Below are positions 1 through 13,270 of a stretch of 64,000 nucleotides of DNA, piece after piece. The position numbers and the translations under genes were made by a program. The stretch comes from Sphaerodactylus townsendi (Eukaryota), in the NCBI RefSeq assembly GCF_021028975.2, contig NC_059431.1, positions 70,184,001-70,248,000 on the forward strand, in the 5' to 3' direction. Within the stretch, counting starts at the first letter, position 1; the number at the start of each line of letters is the position of its first letter. The notes under the pieces were generated by a model, which worked only from the letters and a program-made list of their open reading frames with translations, did no database searches and was not told the origin of the DNA.

Positions 1-489
1 GAATCAGCGCAATGGTGGATGCACTGGAAGCCTTTGCAGGACTCCAGACAGCCTCGGGACAACTGGTGTGGCAATGGACCATCAGAAGCCTCTGAAGACA
101 TTCAGGTCACTTTGGAGAACCTTGGTGCTGCTTTGGGAGGACTCAGCTTGGTGTAAGATCCTCTGATCATCTTTGACTCCCCAGCTTGCCTTGGAAGTTC
201 GGCTCCTGCCCCTGGTGGCCAGTGATGGTGGGAAGCTCATGGAGGAGCCTGGGGCCTTGCACTGGCAGGTCCCCATGGCAGTGGACAGGAAAGAGGGAGC
301 AGGTAGGTAGTCTAAGCGGGTTGCTGGCAGACTACCATATTTTGGTTGGGGAAGATCTCATTGGGCCCATTGATGAACAGAAGCTCAGGTGCTGCTTCCG
401 CCAATGCAATCCCTCTCCCCATGTTCTTGCCTAAATTACATTGATAGGTGAACTCCTTCCCACTTGAATATTGTCTCCCTCCCCCATCT

Positions 490-916
490 CACTCAATTTA
501 AAGCCCTCCTGATAGGGTTTGTCAATCTTCTAGCAAAAATGTTCTTCCCTACAGCCGTGAGGTATAACTTATCCCTTGCCAGTAGTCCCTCTTCACAAAA
601 CCACAGACCATGGTCCAAGAAGCCAAAATGTTCCTGGCGGCACCACCTGTGAAGCCAGTTATTCACCTCCACTATTCTTCTTTCCCACCTGGGCCCATGT
701 CCTTCAACTGGAAGTAGAGATGAAATGACTGTAAATCCAGCTCCTTCAGCTTCCTTCCGAGAGCCTCAAAATCTTTTCTGATATTTTGAAAGTTACGTCT
801 AGCAGTGTCATTTGTTCCGACGTGAATTAAAAGGAAGGAATAACTGTCAGTGGGCTTGACAAGTCTTCTCAGCCTGTCTGTGACTTCACAGATTTTTGTC
901 CCAGGGAGACAGCAGA
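490..916 (-). mobile_element. CR1 LINE ORF1 (SGNH esterase) fragment, degenerate
   Basis: Minus-strand translation gives CCLPGTKI...LLIHVGTNDTARR and GFLDHGL...KNIFARRLTNPIRRALN*, typical of CR1 ORF1. Confidence 0.75.
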
Positions 917-1199
917 AGACATTAAATGAATAACAGTTAAAAGTAAATGCAACTTTGTTTTCATTGTTGTGCCTTCAGTGCAGTCCAGCATGGGAGAGTA
1001 GCAACCTCACCTATAATGGAGGTGGAAGTGGGCAACAGAACAACAGCACAACTGCTCTCACAACAGCTGCATCTCTCCTGGAGTTTGCACTGATGGGCTA
1101 ATGAAAAAGGAACATGAATGGAACACACCATATGTCAAACCCAGAAAGAAAAGAAAAGAAAAGTGGGTAAAGGTGAAAGTCTAAACCATACTCCCTGAG

Positions 1200-2970
1200 C
1201 AATTTCTCAGATGCTCTTAATTAAAAGAAGGGCTATTGGAGCCATACAGGAAACTCATTATCAGATTTGAGGATCTTGAATACTACTGAACACAATCAAT
1301 GCCCAAGCCTTTATCCATTCGTATCAACTGCTCTGAATAGAGCTTGAGGTCTTCCATTGGAGAATATGAAGATGGATCTCCAATGTCACCATCAGGAGAA
1401 GGCATGGAAGTGTTCTTAGATTCAACATCAGACTTGGAAGGATGACTGTTGATGGGATCTTGATAGAGATGCAGTGAAACAATTAGCCAGCGTGATGTAG
1501 TGGTTAAGAGCAGGTGCATTCTAATCTGGAGAACCAGGTTTGATTTCCTGCTCTGCCACTTGAGCTGTGGAAGCTTATCTGGTGTACCAGATTAGCTTGT
1601 GCACTCCAACGCATGCCAGGTGGGTGACCTTGGGCTATTCACAGTTCTTCGGAGGTCTCTCAGCCCCACCCACCTCACAGGGTGTTTGTTATTGGGGGAG
1701 GGGAGAAAGGAGACTGTAAGCCCCTTTGAGTCTCCTTACAGAAGAGAAAGGGGGGGATATGAATCCAAACTCTTCTTCTTCTCAAGTTTCAACATCGAAG
1801 GCTATTCAACAGTTAATCTTGCACGAAGAGAAGATATGGGACATGGAGGAGGCATGTCCTAATGTCCCAACCTTTATGGTTGACAAGATGAATGAGCTAC
1901 TGACATCTGTTCCTTGATCCAAGGGAGGCAGAAAGACTTCAAAAACATCACCTCCCAATGATGGGGATGAATGCCTGATGAAAATTGGGGAAGATATCCT
2001 TGGATGACAGAAGCTGTAGACTGGCAGGGATGGCAGTCTATGACAGGAGATAATGACAATAGAGAGGAACAGGAACCTTGACACGAGTCTCTCAGAATTC
2101 AACTCCAACCACGCGTTGGACGACATGCAAGGATGGACAATATGGAAATGAAGGATCTTCGTGTCAAGAAGACAATGGAGATTGATGCTGAAAAGAGGCA
2201 TTGAACTGATGAAGCGGAAAGTCAAACTGACATGTTGGTGATGAGCCTCACTGTTGAAGAGATGATGGCAAGCGATGCTACAAAAAGACTGTTGGTGGAC
2301 AAATTAGGTAATCTGACAGTGGATGTATTGGGACGAGCCTTGGGGCAGGGGAAGCAGCCACTTGACCTTTTAACAGGGCTCCAAAGCAGTCTGTGTACCC
2401 ACCGAAGTCGAGTCAGAGGATGGCCTAGATGGAATCATAAAGACTGAAGAAGACAAAGGCGTACAAGTCTTCTCTGAAGACTTACTGGGGGAATTGCCTC
2501 CAAAGTAAGAGACTTCTCACATACAGTGACCTTATACCTTGAAGCCCATTCATGTCTGGTCTTCTGAGTGAACAGGTGGAAAGACAAGCACATCTCAGAG
2601 ATATTAGTCTCATCAAGATATAAGAGACATTCATCATGCTCATCATGCTCAGCATTTCATTTGGAACACCTTTTCAATAATGCCCTCATCAATTAGAAAA
2701 AAAAGATCCTGAGGTGTTTGAAGTGTTTAATTAAAGCACATCCTTTATGCATGACAGCAAAGAGAAAAATGAGGGATGAGCACTCTCCTCACTTTTTTCA
2801 TGTGATTGTTTGGGCGAGAAACCAGCCCACTCTCAGCTCCAGAGAGGAGAAGTGAGAGTGCTCCAAGAGCCTGAAAGCTTCTAGAAGACTTCTGGTCAGT
2901 TCTCCACTGCCAGCCTGTGCCTGTGTAGTCCCATGCGGAAATGCAATGAAAACACGATGAACTACCAAGT
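1200..2970 (-). mobile_element. Degenerate DIRS-like (tyrosine-recombinase retrotransposon) ORF1/5' remnant, interrupted by a SINE
   Basis: Decayed Cys/His-rich N-terminus (KRC...DEHDECLL.L.E) near 2560-2690 and SPMEDLKLYSEQLIRM..LG near 1300-1370 resemble reptile DIRS ORF1 (recall). Many stops; boundaries approximate. Confidence 0.45.
1485..1782 (+). mobile_element. tRNA-derived SINE (Squam3-like, L2-type tail)
   Basis: A-box-like TGATGTAGTGG, B-box-like GGTTTGATTTCC, core GGGTGACCTTGGGC...CTCTCAGCCCCACCCACCTCACAGGGTG, and a (CTT)n tail. Homologous to 49990-50213 and 58604-58921. Confidence 0.85.
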
Positions 2971-3833
2971 ATCTTATTCCCATAATAACTAACAACAAAT
3001 CATATTCAGAAAATCATGTCAATGCATTCAATCATCTTCTTGAAAGAATATTAAAATAGAACTGTAAAGTACAGTAAGTTATAGGTGGCTTATGTATGTT
3101 TATCAAGGAACACTGGTAGAAAGCAACCTTATTCAATGGAAATTCCCATGAATTTCTGTTCTGCATTACCTTGGGTGTTGCTCATTTTATTTTAAAAAAT
3201 TACTTAGCAATATGGTGCCCAGGGTCCTCTTCCCCTTCTCTGCCCCCCATTCCCCTTACCTGTAGCTAACTTAATGCCTACCCTTCCAAGTTCCCCTTTA
3301 TAACTTAAGCAGAAAACTAGTCTTGTGAAAAGTTTAACAATATGTTTCCACACTGAGACTCAAAGCCCTGAAAAACTTATAATGTTCCCTGTCTGAGTCA
3401 CCACATTTTGTTTTTCATTTTTCCCTTGGAGAATGCAAATACCAAGATTTTCATTTTTAAAAGTTCTATTGGTGTATCCTAGGTTTAAAAAATTTAAAGT
3501 CTAGATCAGCACAAAAAATCAATTTAAAAGGGCAACTGTTGTTAAGCACCTTTTTACCACATAAATGAAGAAAACAATGTAGTACTCATATTAGTACCCA
3601 ATTTAGTACCCTTGTCTTTGTTATGTGGAAACCCGTACTACAAGAAGTGTCATGTGTATCTGAAAACATTCGAGACACTGTGTTTGAGTCACCAGGTCTA
3701 CTTCTTTCTAACCATCTGTTTAATTTGTCTATTCTACATCCCATTTAAAGTCTGGATACAAATGATTCCTTATCTATAGAGGGATCTGGGGAACAACAAT
3801 AAAAAAATCACTCACCAAAATACCACTAGCAGG

Positions 3834-4933
3834 CAAGGATGTAGGTAAGGGGGGGTTTCTTGGGTTAACCCCCCCACAATTACATGTCCGAAGCTCCACC
3901 CGCCATTTCTGGGTTTTTTGTATTTTTTAAATGTATTTTTTCGGGTTTTGGCCTGCAGAGGGTGCAGCTTTTAGGCTAGCAGCACTGAAATTTCAGGGAT
4001 TTGTTTGATGACACCACCCAGGTTTTGTGAGGTTTGGTTCAGAGGGTCCAAAGTTATGGACTCCCAAAGGGGGTGCCCCCATCCCCATTGTTTCCAATGG
4101 GAGCTAATAGTAAATCGGGCTACCCTTTTTGAGGGTCCATAACTTTGGACCTCCTGAACCAAATTTCACTAAACCTAAGTTGTATCATCAGAATAGTATC
4201 CTGCTGATACCACCCAAGTTTGGTAAAGTTTGGTTCAGGGTGTCCAAAGCTATGGACCCCCAAAGTGGGTGTCCCCATCCCCATTGTTTCCAATGGGAGA
4301 TAATAGCAGATGGGAGCATCCATAACTTTGGAACTCTTGAACCAAACTTCACCAAACCTGGGTGGTATCAGAAGGAGAGTCTCCTGAAGATACCCTGAAA
4401 GTTTGGTGCTGCTATCTTAACAATTGCACCCCTGAAAGCAGGCATCCCCCAAATTTCCCAAGATTCTCCTTTTAAATCCACCCTCTTCGGCATGGATTTA
4501 AAGGGAGAATCTGAGATCCCCAGTTTAAACATTGAAAGTGATGATGAAACAACTTTCAATGTTGTTTCAACTGGGGACCCCAGATTCTCCCTTTAAGATG
4601 GATTTAAAAGGAGAATTTGGGCTCTCTAGTTTAAACACCATTGATAGTGATGCTGTTTGGGAGTGGATTCCAGCATCACAGCGGCCGCCCATGGGGGAGG
4701 GGCGCAAAACTCAGATTTTGCACAGGGCTCTGTTTTTCCTAGCTACATCTCTGCCTGGAGGGGAGGGCAGAAGGGACTGCTGGCTGCCGGCTGGGAGCCC
4801 AGCCGGTAAGGGGGGGGCATGGGAGTCTGCCATCCTTGGCCTTGGAGAGCTGCTTTTATAAGCACTGAGGCCGGGGGGGAGGCATGGCCCCCCCATGGAA
4901 CTCCCCCATAAAAAATCTATACCTACATCACTG
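3834..4933. mobile_element. Non-autonomous hAT element (composite, internally palindromic)
   Basis: Imperfect 14-bp TIRs CAAGGATGTAGGTA / TACCTACATCACTG. 8-bp TSD CTAGCAGG/CTAACAGG. Homologous to 17834-19868. Confidence 0.85.
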
Positions 4934-5039
4934 CTAACAGGTATTGGAAACCTACATATTATCCTCTCTGATATTAAATGATGGCTATCAAAAGCTAGCT
5001 CTAGTTTTATTCCCACTTATTGCTGCTTCTAGATCCAAT

Positions 5040-5145
5040 AGTCATAGCATTGTCCCTGCATAGCATTGTCCCTTCTGTAATAGCATTGTCCCTTCTGTCA
5101 TAGCACTGTCCCTTCTGTCATAGTCATAGCATTGTCCCTTCTATC
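5040..5145. repeat. Minisatellite, about 20-bp unit ATAGCATTGTCCCTTCTGTC, about 5 copies
   Basis: Directly visible tandem units. Confidence 0.85.
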
Positions 5146-7861
5146 TTAAGCAAAACAGATGGGAGCTAAGACAGTTTAAACTACAAAATGGAAGCAATCA
5201 AAAGTCATCATTATCCTCCACTTTGTTGGACCTGAAAAATATGCATGAATGTAACAATCAATGAACTATATGAGACCATACAATGCAAGAATGGCAAATA
5301 AATGTTTCACACTAAGACTACTACTGTGATGGAATAATTCTATAGTATGCCCATTTTGAAAAAGAAAATGGATTATAATTTTTGTCTCTGATCCATGAGC
5401 TATGAGTCTGTACAACTGATGGTCTCACCTTCATTATCGGAGTCTTGCAATGACAGCCACATTTGATCTACCAGACCACCTTGTTTTAATTGAACTGCAA
5501 CGAAATGCACTGGCATTAATGCAACAGAAAAAGGATGCTGATCAAGCTCAAAAACAAGATTATTTTACATAGCCCATTATTCACATGAGCACACACTTCA
5601 ATGGTTCCTGAATTGGGTGGAAAGGTGGAGGCAGAAATGAGCTGTAAGGTTTAGATTTTTTTTTAAAGCAAAAGATTGTTACCTTTGTTAATGAATTGCT
5701 TAGTTATAACAGATCTTTTGAACCTAAAGTGATTCTATTAAAATATTTAAAGGAGACTGTTGTGGAGTCAAATTTGTTTACTGCTGCTAAAATGGCGATA
5801 TCAAGAGATGATTAGTTGTATTTGGGAGACTGCATTCTTAACAAATCTGATGCATTTTGAATATTAAAATTAAGAAATGGACCAGAAACATACAGAAAGA
5901 ACATATCCCATCACCCAAACTGCCTGCTCATAAGAACCATAGCTGAACTAGCTCCTGTCTTTCTGCTCGGAGAAGAGTCCATGCAGCATAGAGAAAACTA
6001 GGAAGTTTCTGGCACAGCCTTTGATTATGATCCACTCTGTGAGAAAAGTAAAAGCAGTCTGGCACTTAACCCTGAATAATGACCCAGAAACACCTTACCC
6101 TCTTTGCTTGTGGGCAGATAATGTGGATACAAAGGATTCCTACTTGAAATACCTCTGTATTCAGAATGACTGACATGGAGTAAAAGTATTAGTAAATTCA
6201 GACAATAGCAATAATTTTTAATTAACTGAACAAAATTATGCCACAATTCTGTACGTTTTTGTTCCATAAAAATGGTATTGACATCCTTTCCTATTTACTG
6301 ACTCTGGCCAAGATTCAAAAAGCCACTTCAAGGTGTATATGAGGACCTGGGCATACCATGCTACAAATAGTTTTCAAAACTCCCTTAGTTTCAAAAGAGG
6401 GTTGCAAGGCAGTATGGTGAAATGCTGTTTTGGGACACTCACAACTAGTTGTGCTGTTTGCTGAATCCAGTACAGTGTTTGCAAGGTTCATCTTTGGTTT
6501 TAACACTGGTATTTGTTAGGAAATGAGTTTGTATGTTTGTTGCTCTACATGAATGCTAATGGGATTCCAAATAGAACTAAAAGGTTCAGCATTTGTTAGC
6601 TTGCGCTCTAGGGGATTCAGAAGTAGGTCAGTAAGTCAGGGCAAAAAAATCACGGCTGAAGCATCCTGCTTTTGGTTTCTCCTGCTTCTTTGCTGGTAGG
6701 GATTAAATTGGGTGAAGAGGACAGCATTCAGCTAATCACTGAAGCAGAGGAAGTCCAGCACTAATTTCATCTTCAAGAAAGTACAGTGTGCTAATGACAC
6801 TGAAGTTGCATTAATTTATTACATAGTACAGAACTAGGTAGGAATTCTTTTTATAATGGAGAGCAAGTGGTGAATGTTTTGGAAGTTTGGTTTATGAAAA
6901 AACAAACTAAAAAGCATTTTCAAAGTCAACTTTCTAATGTATGTGCAGCTGGGAAGAATGTTCAGAGTGAAGTGCACAGGCTTGGATGAAGAGTATGAGA
7001 AGCAAAGACATGGCAAGATTTTACTCAGGACAGTTTAAAACCTGCCTAGCTTTATCAAACAGTCTTGAGTCCCAAAATTTTGCTTACCATGAAATATATG
7101 ATTTCACAGAGGTGGAATTTGGAAGGCATGTTAGAACACCTTTTTGTGTATTTGGGCAGTGTCTGCATTAATAAATGAATGCAGTAAGTGAGCTGGTAGG
7201 TCACAGATATCAGTCACAGCAACTAAATACATCTTAGTATTAGTCTTGTATCTACATAGTGATACAATGCTTCAAAACTGGGTTGTCAATTACATACAAA
7301 ATGGACAAGTTGCTGAAGATTTGTAATCTTCATGAACTAGAGAGGAGGAGGGGCTTTTGGATTGGCCTTACAGTTTAATCTTTCCTTCTGTATTATTTGT
7401 GATGACCTTGTACCTGAAGTGCTCTCCTAAGCACATTAATACCCTTTTAAGTTCATTATGGGAATCTGTTAAAGACTGACAATCTGAGGCAGACTTCTAT
7501 AATGGACTTAAACTAGCTGTTGAGGGTTGCACGATACATTTTATTATGGAATTGTGCACAGCTGTACTTCAGTTTGACAGCTATTGGTAGCCCCCCCCCC
7601 CCCCCCGGCGCTGTCCACATTTGTGATAAGGCATGTCCTTTTTTGGTGGTTGCTGGTCTTTTGTGGAACAGTCTTCTATGAGAGTTGTGAAGATGCGAGA
7701 AGTGGCCATGTTTCAAAAAGCATGCAGTTCTTTTGTGGGCTCCAAAGGGTTTCTTCAGGTTATTATTGGTTCTGTCTGCAGGTCTTCAAATATCTGCGTT
7801 GACCTGTAGTGTTTATATTGTTTGCTGCTAATTTTATTTTAATTATGTAATCTATATAAAC

Positions 7862-7932
7862 TGCCCAGAGCCCTTTGGGGATGGGGCGGTATAAAAGTCC
7901 AAACAATAAATAAATAAACAAAATAAATAAAT
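7862..7932 (+). mobile_element. L2-type 3' tail fragment with (AAAT)n
   Basis: GCCCAGAGCCCTTTGGGGATGGGGCGGTATAAAAGT followed by (AAAT)n. Same tail type as 47308-47366 and 49368-49449. Confidence 0.65.
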
Positions 7933-10900
7933 AGCCCTGAATCTGTAGAAAGCAGAAAAAAAACATTTAAAAATATGGCAGTCTAAATCCAATTAAAGCC
8001 CCAATTAAAGAAGTAGGAGATCCAGTCATAGATCTCCAATATCTCATCCAGTTTGGCCTTCAGTGTACTTGTGTACTTGGTTACATATCTGATAACAAGA
8101 TTATCTGTGGAATTTAACGGCCAATGTAATACTTGCAGAAAAATGGAGAAAACACAACAGAAATAGATTGTCTATTACCAGGATTTTATTAACAGCACCA
8201 AATCAATATAGACACATCAAACCTGATTGAACTGTAAGAATAATAACACAAGTATGAATGAAGGTATAAGTTTTTATCTGACTGATAATGGTTAATTTGG
8301 ATTGGTCTTGTTTAACTCATGATTAATTGTACTTGTATTATTAGGACAAAACCAAAGGCAAGGTGTTTAATCTCTATTATAGCATACCTTAAATCACTTG
8401 AGATTAGATATACTTATACCATGGGGGGGGGGGGGAATTCTTTCAATCTAGCCTTCTACGTTTCAAAACAATAGTAAATTAACAATGCAATCCTAAACAG
8501 AGTTACACCCTTATAAAAGTACTGTTTCAACAGACTTACTGCAACTCTGTTTATGATTACACAGAGATCTCTCACATGAAAAATTTTTTTGTTTCTATAT
8601 CATATACATAATCAGGAAGTATTGTCTGATAGTTTTTACTTACAAGATCTAAAATTGCTCAGTTGATTTGTACCTACAAGAAGTTTGTCATTTTGACAAT
8701 CACAGTGTATATGGATCAATTTAACAGAAGCTGCCCATTATTCTTAAAATTCAAATTCTAAGTTCTCTCATCAACATCAGCCCTGACCTTGTGTGACATT
8801 ACCACACCCAATGGTATAACTACACATTACTTAAACAGGTAAAACAACCCAAACAACCTTCTTTAGAAAAGCAGCAGGGGGTGGTAGAGGTGGCAAGAAA
8901 CAACCTGAATCCTCTCTTGCTCATTCCCCCCCCCCCCCGTGTTGTCTTATGCCAACAATGTCTTACAGAGACAGTATGCATAGCCCCCACCAGGTGAGGA
9001 AGAAGTAAAGTATAAAGAATGGGAAGATGGAGAACCCATGGGGACTGTGAGGGAGAAGACACTGAAGGGGCTGCAAGAGAGAGAACACAGGGGCTGTGAG
9101 GAGAGAGGAGAGGTGGGTAGGGATGGGAAGAGAAACAGCTGCTGAGGGGGGAAGAAAAATAAGGTGAGGGAAAGGAAGCAGAAAAATTGTGTGGGGAAAA
9201 CAGGAACAGAGCCAGCAAGTGGCCAGATGATGAAGCAAGTTCTACCACCAAGGTAGGGAATCAGAGAACAAAATTTAAATTCTCAGAGTTTCTGACAGAT
9301 ACTAAAGATGTTACCTAGTGCCATGCTGAAGTGAGCACACTTACTGATTTTATCCTTTTAGAAGAGAGGAAGACTTTTACAAAAGAAGTACTCTGTGATA
9401 CCTGTTGCAGAAGAAGATGTGAAGGTGGGCCTTGGAGTCACTTACTGTGGCCAGAAAGTCTTTCCATCTCATGGAAGAGAAGACTGACTGGACAGTCTCC
9501 ATTAAAAAAGAAAACATGCTTTTGACCAGGAACTGGTTGACCATTTTAGATATGGAATAACTCATGCTTCCCGAATTTCTCTGATACAGTGAAAAACATA
9601 AAGAAGAACTCATTCTTTTTTTCTGAAAGAAGAGTTGGTTAGATGACCCATACAACAAATGAAGATATATTGGTCTTCGGAAAGACTATCAGAGTGTTTA
9701 AAAACATGTGCCAAACAGAATACATGACGGTTGAAATGAATAGTCCATGGATAACCATTCATACACATCACCTATAAAACAACAGCCAACTGGGGAGTTC
9801 ATGCTGAATGAGAAGATTATCATATGTAACTGAACTTATGCTTATGCTTATGCTTCTTGCCAAGGCAATGACAAACACATCTGGAATTCTTTTTTTCTTT
9901 ACTGTCTATAAAAATTATTCTGAGGAACCCCCAAATAATATGTGACTAGGGGAAAAAACAGACTAGTTTGGTCTTAGATTTAGTGCCACATTCCAGTACT
10001 GGATCATCTTGAAGTCATTCAGGGCCAAAGTTGTAAACAGCAGGTATATGATCAAGCATTCTTCAAGAAGGACATTTTGAGAGAGACCCTCTAAATACTG
10101 TTCCCAATGCTGTCCTCAAGTCTATTCTTGATCAGGATTACACCAACGCATGTGAAGACAGCTATAGTGAAAACATAAGTTGTGGATGAAACTAATAGGG
10201 CATTAACTTTCCATCTTTTCTAGCATGCAAAAAACCCTCAAAATTCTAAGAACATCAGGACCTGGAAAGCTCAATATGAGACCCAGACTGTTTTTTAAAA
10301 ATCTACTCTCGTTACTTTGTTTTCTGTAATGATATTGTCTGAAATGTGGGCTTAGGAGGACTGTTCTCTTCAGGATGGGATGGGAAGCATCATGAAATTC
10401 CTGCTCCTGGAGCCATCAAGATACATGAGGCCATTTTGTGTCCTTGATTTACCGAGAATCCTGCAACACTGCCTGTATCTGAAGAAATGCTAACAAAAGT
10501 GGGACCCGCAGCAGTCAGAACAGCCCAAGGCAAAACAAAAGTCCAATGACTCTACGTATATGTCTACAGGGGTAAGAAAAGTGGCATCAGTGTAACTACT
10601 ATTCTGCTTCTGAACTAGCAATGAGAACTATCATGAATATCCTCTATGATGCCAGGAACAGCTCCTGTCACTAACTGATTCTGTCATGGTTTATTTATAC
10701 AGCCCTTACTGGGTGGAAGAGTACAGCTCTGTACAAAACCTGTGCAGCAAGGGTGAAAATAAGCTGTGTGGAAGAAGTACCTGTATAAAGGCAGCCCTAA
10801 CATACACACTCTGGTCATGCTAGCTAAGCAAGGCTGGACCAAAGGCAGATGAGGGAAGGCACGCATTGCCCGATCAAGCCATCTCTAGGTCTTTTCATAA

Positions 10901-11779
10901 CACTCACTCACTTGTTCTTTTTGTTTTTGAGGATACAAATGAAAATGCAAAAACTGGCTGAATCTGCCTTCCATGATAAAAGAAGAAGTTATCTGGAAAG
11001 TAAGGAGAAAGTTTACTTCTCTTTTGGTTCACACTGAACTCTTCCTTACTGGCTTCAGTGGACAGTCTTTCCCCAATGCTACTAGCCCTTCTCTACTTCT
11101 TGAGGCGATAATAAGTAGCTCAAATAAGCAAACATCTACCTGCTAACTGAAATTCAATTACTTCCATATTTTTTGTACCTACTTGTAAGAGTAAAATCTA
11201 TGTTCATGAAAATCTTCACGCTCACCATTCCAGAAATGCTTCCTACACGCTGAATGGGATGGACAGAAATAAAAAAGAAAATTATACAGGAAAGAGAGAG
11301 AGGGAGAGAATGAAGGTTATGCACGTTCAAACTGGAGAGGAGCGTTAGTGATGACCTTGACAGAGAAGTATTGATCATGATTTTATCTTGTGATTAGAAG
11401 GAAGAACTGTAACCCAACCATTCTGAATCATTAATGGACCCAATGGTATGCTCTGAACTTTACTTCTATGTAATGAAGCCCCCACATTTCATCCAGATCT
11501 TTCCTAACTTAACACATATATTTTCCTAACTTAACACATATATTTTTAAAAACTGGTTTCCAAACTGAGGTGTTTATATTAATATTTCTAAGAAGATAAC
11601 AATTTCCGGACTATAAAAATATTTTCTACCTGTAGAGGCAACAGCAACTGAATAAGAAGTATTTAAGAATAAGACATTTCATCATACATACTATTTGTGA
11701 ATGATAAACAACTCAGTTAACCCAGAGCAATTTGAACAAATGAAGCTTAGTCGCATTGCATAAATTGCTCTAGTATTTT

Positions 11780-12600
11780 GATTATTTTCCCCCCTTCCTA
11801 TTAAAACTTTAATACTCTGCTTTCCTCAATCTTGGCAGTTTACACATTCAATACAAAATGCAGAAAAGTCCCACATAACCCCTCATCCCAAATAATGCCT
11901 GCAGCCTAAGCCCATTCAAAATGATAGTAACAGTGTAGCCTTGTAGTGCTTCCTAAACACCTCTAGAGACTATTCCATCCTCACTTCCTCAAGCATGGGA
12001 GCTATGATGGAAAAGGAATAGGCTCTAGTTGCCAGGTAAACTACCCCAAGAATGGGACAGCTGGAAGGTTGCAACCTGAGGACTGCAATTGTCACATGAT
12101 AGGGACATATGGAAAGATATAATCATTTCGATGTATGGATTCTAGGCCATGAAGGGCTTTAAAAGTCATAAATAGCACTGTGAATTGGTCTTGGAAACAA
12201 ACTGGCAGTCAATATAGATAATTTAAGATGAGCAAGCTATGCTCCCATCAACAGCAACTGACAATAATTGGGCTGCCACATTCTGAACCGGCATCAGTTC
12301 CCACCTGTCTTCAAGGTCAGCCCAACACAGAACACAGAACACAGAACACTAATCTAACTCCTGGGTCAGTGTGACCAGGTTGCCTGAGGATAAGAAAGAA
12401 CAATGTTAGCTATTTAAAAGCAGCTGATCACTCTTGATATCAGCCTACTGTCCAACATGGCTGTGTTCATGAGCATCCTTAATCTCTTAACTTCCTCAAT
12501 CTCTTAACTTCCTCTGCAAATGTCAACTCAACTCTTATCTACCACAAGAGGATTCAGTACCTTTAAAGCATCAATCCTCCCAACCATAATTACCTCTGAT
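11780..12600 (-). mobile_element. Old L2 LINE 3' fragment
   Basis: Contains AGGCCATGAAGGGCTTTAAAAGTC...AGCACTGTGAATTG...GGAAACAAACTGGCAGTCAAT, the reverse complement of the L2 ORF2 C-terminal (L.WLPV..RI.F) region. Heavily decayed. Confidence 0.6.
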
Positions 12601-12633
12601 TGGTAAAAATGCTACTGAATTATTGGTTAAAAT

Positions 12634-13270
12634 CAGGGGTCCCCAAACTACGGCCCGGGGGCCAAATGTGGCCCCCTGAAGGCATTTATCCGGCCCGCCA
12701 GGCATGGCGGCGATGGCTCTATTCATGTGCAGTGGGGGCTCGAGGGAGAGGAGGAACCGGCCCCAACAGCTGTTGATTGCAGTTACATGATGGCACCCCC
12801 AAATCTCCATGAATTTTCTGACCCAGGAAACCTTACATGTGGCAACGCCTGCTCCGCCCTTCCCTCTCAGCTACTCCATGTGTTGCTCTCAGGCTTTCTG
12901 TTCCGCCTCACTCCCATTGGCATCAGCCAGGCTGGCGAATCGCTCGCTGGCTGCTAGGGAGGAAAGAACCCAGGAAGATACCTGATCCTGGGTTAGATGG
13001 AATGTTTCATTGGGAAAGTTCTGCTTTTTTTTTTTTTACAGAGGAAGGTATTCCACAGCCTCCCCAACAATATTTGGAGCCCACCCTGTACTTGACATAC
13101 TTTGGTCACTGTTCTAAAAATAGACCATGACAGAAAGGCTGAAAGGTGAAATCAAACATTTTACAATCATTTGTGCATAGGAATTTGTTCATAGTTTTTT
13201 TGAGTCCGGCCCTCCAACAGTCTGAGGGACAGTGAACTGGCCCCCTGTTTAAAAAATTTGGGGACCCCTG
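12634..13270. mobile_element. hAT/Charlie non-autonomous element resembling OposCharlie1 (OC1)
   Basis: TIRs CAGGGGTCCCCAAA / TTTGGGGACCCCTG. Perfect 8-bp TSD GTTAAAAT. Subterminal GTCCGGCCCTCCAACAGTCTGAGGGACAGTGAACTGGCCCCCTGTTTAAAAA matches my recall of OC1 ends. Confidence 0.85.

Noticed and set aside
3971-4398. Recurrent peptide VHNFGPPEPNFTKPGWY in ORFs at about 4.1, 18.0, 21.5 and 48.8 kb, suggesting a repeat-protein family
   Set aside because: It is the translation of a non-coding palindromic TE module. It occurs on both strands with frameshifts and has no splice structure.
4000-4400. Regularly spaced palindromic repeats that look superficially like a CRISPR array
   Set aside because: The context is a eukaryotic intron, the units alternate in orientation, the spacers are not unique and there are no cas genes.
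6250-6275. GTTTTTGTTCCATAAAA resembles the start of the TrkB.T1 terminal exon (FVLFHKI)
   Set aside because: It is on the plus strand, opposite to NTRK2, and lacks the PLDG-stop continuation. I found no T1 or kinase-side exon in 1-25119.
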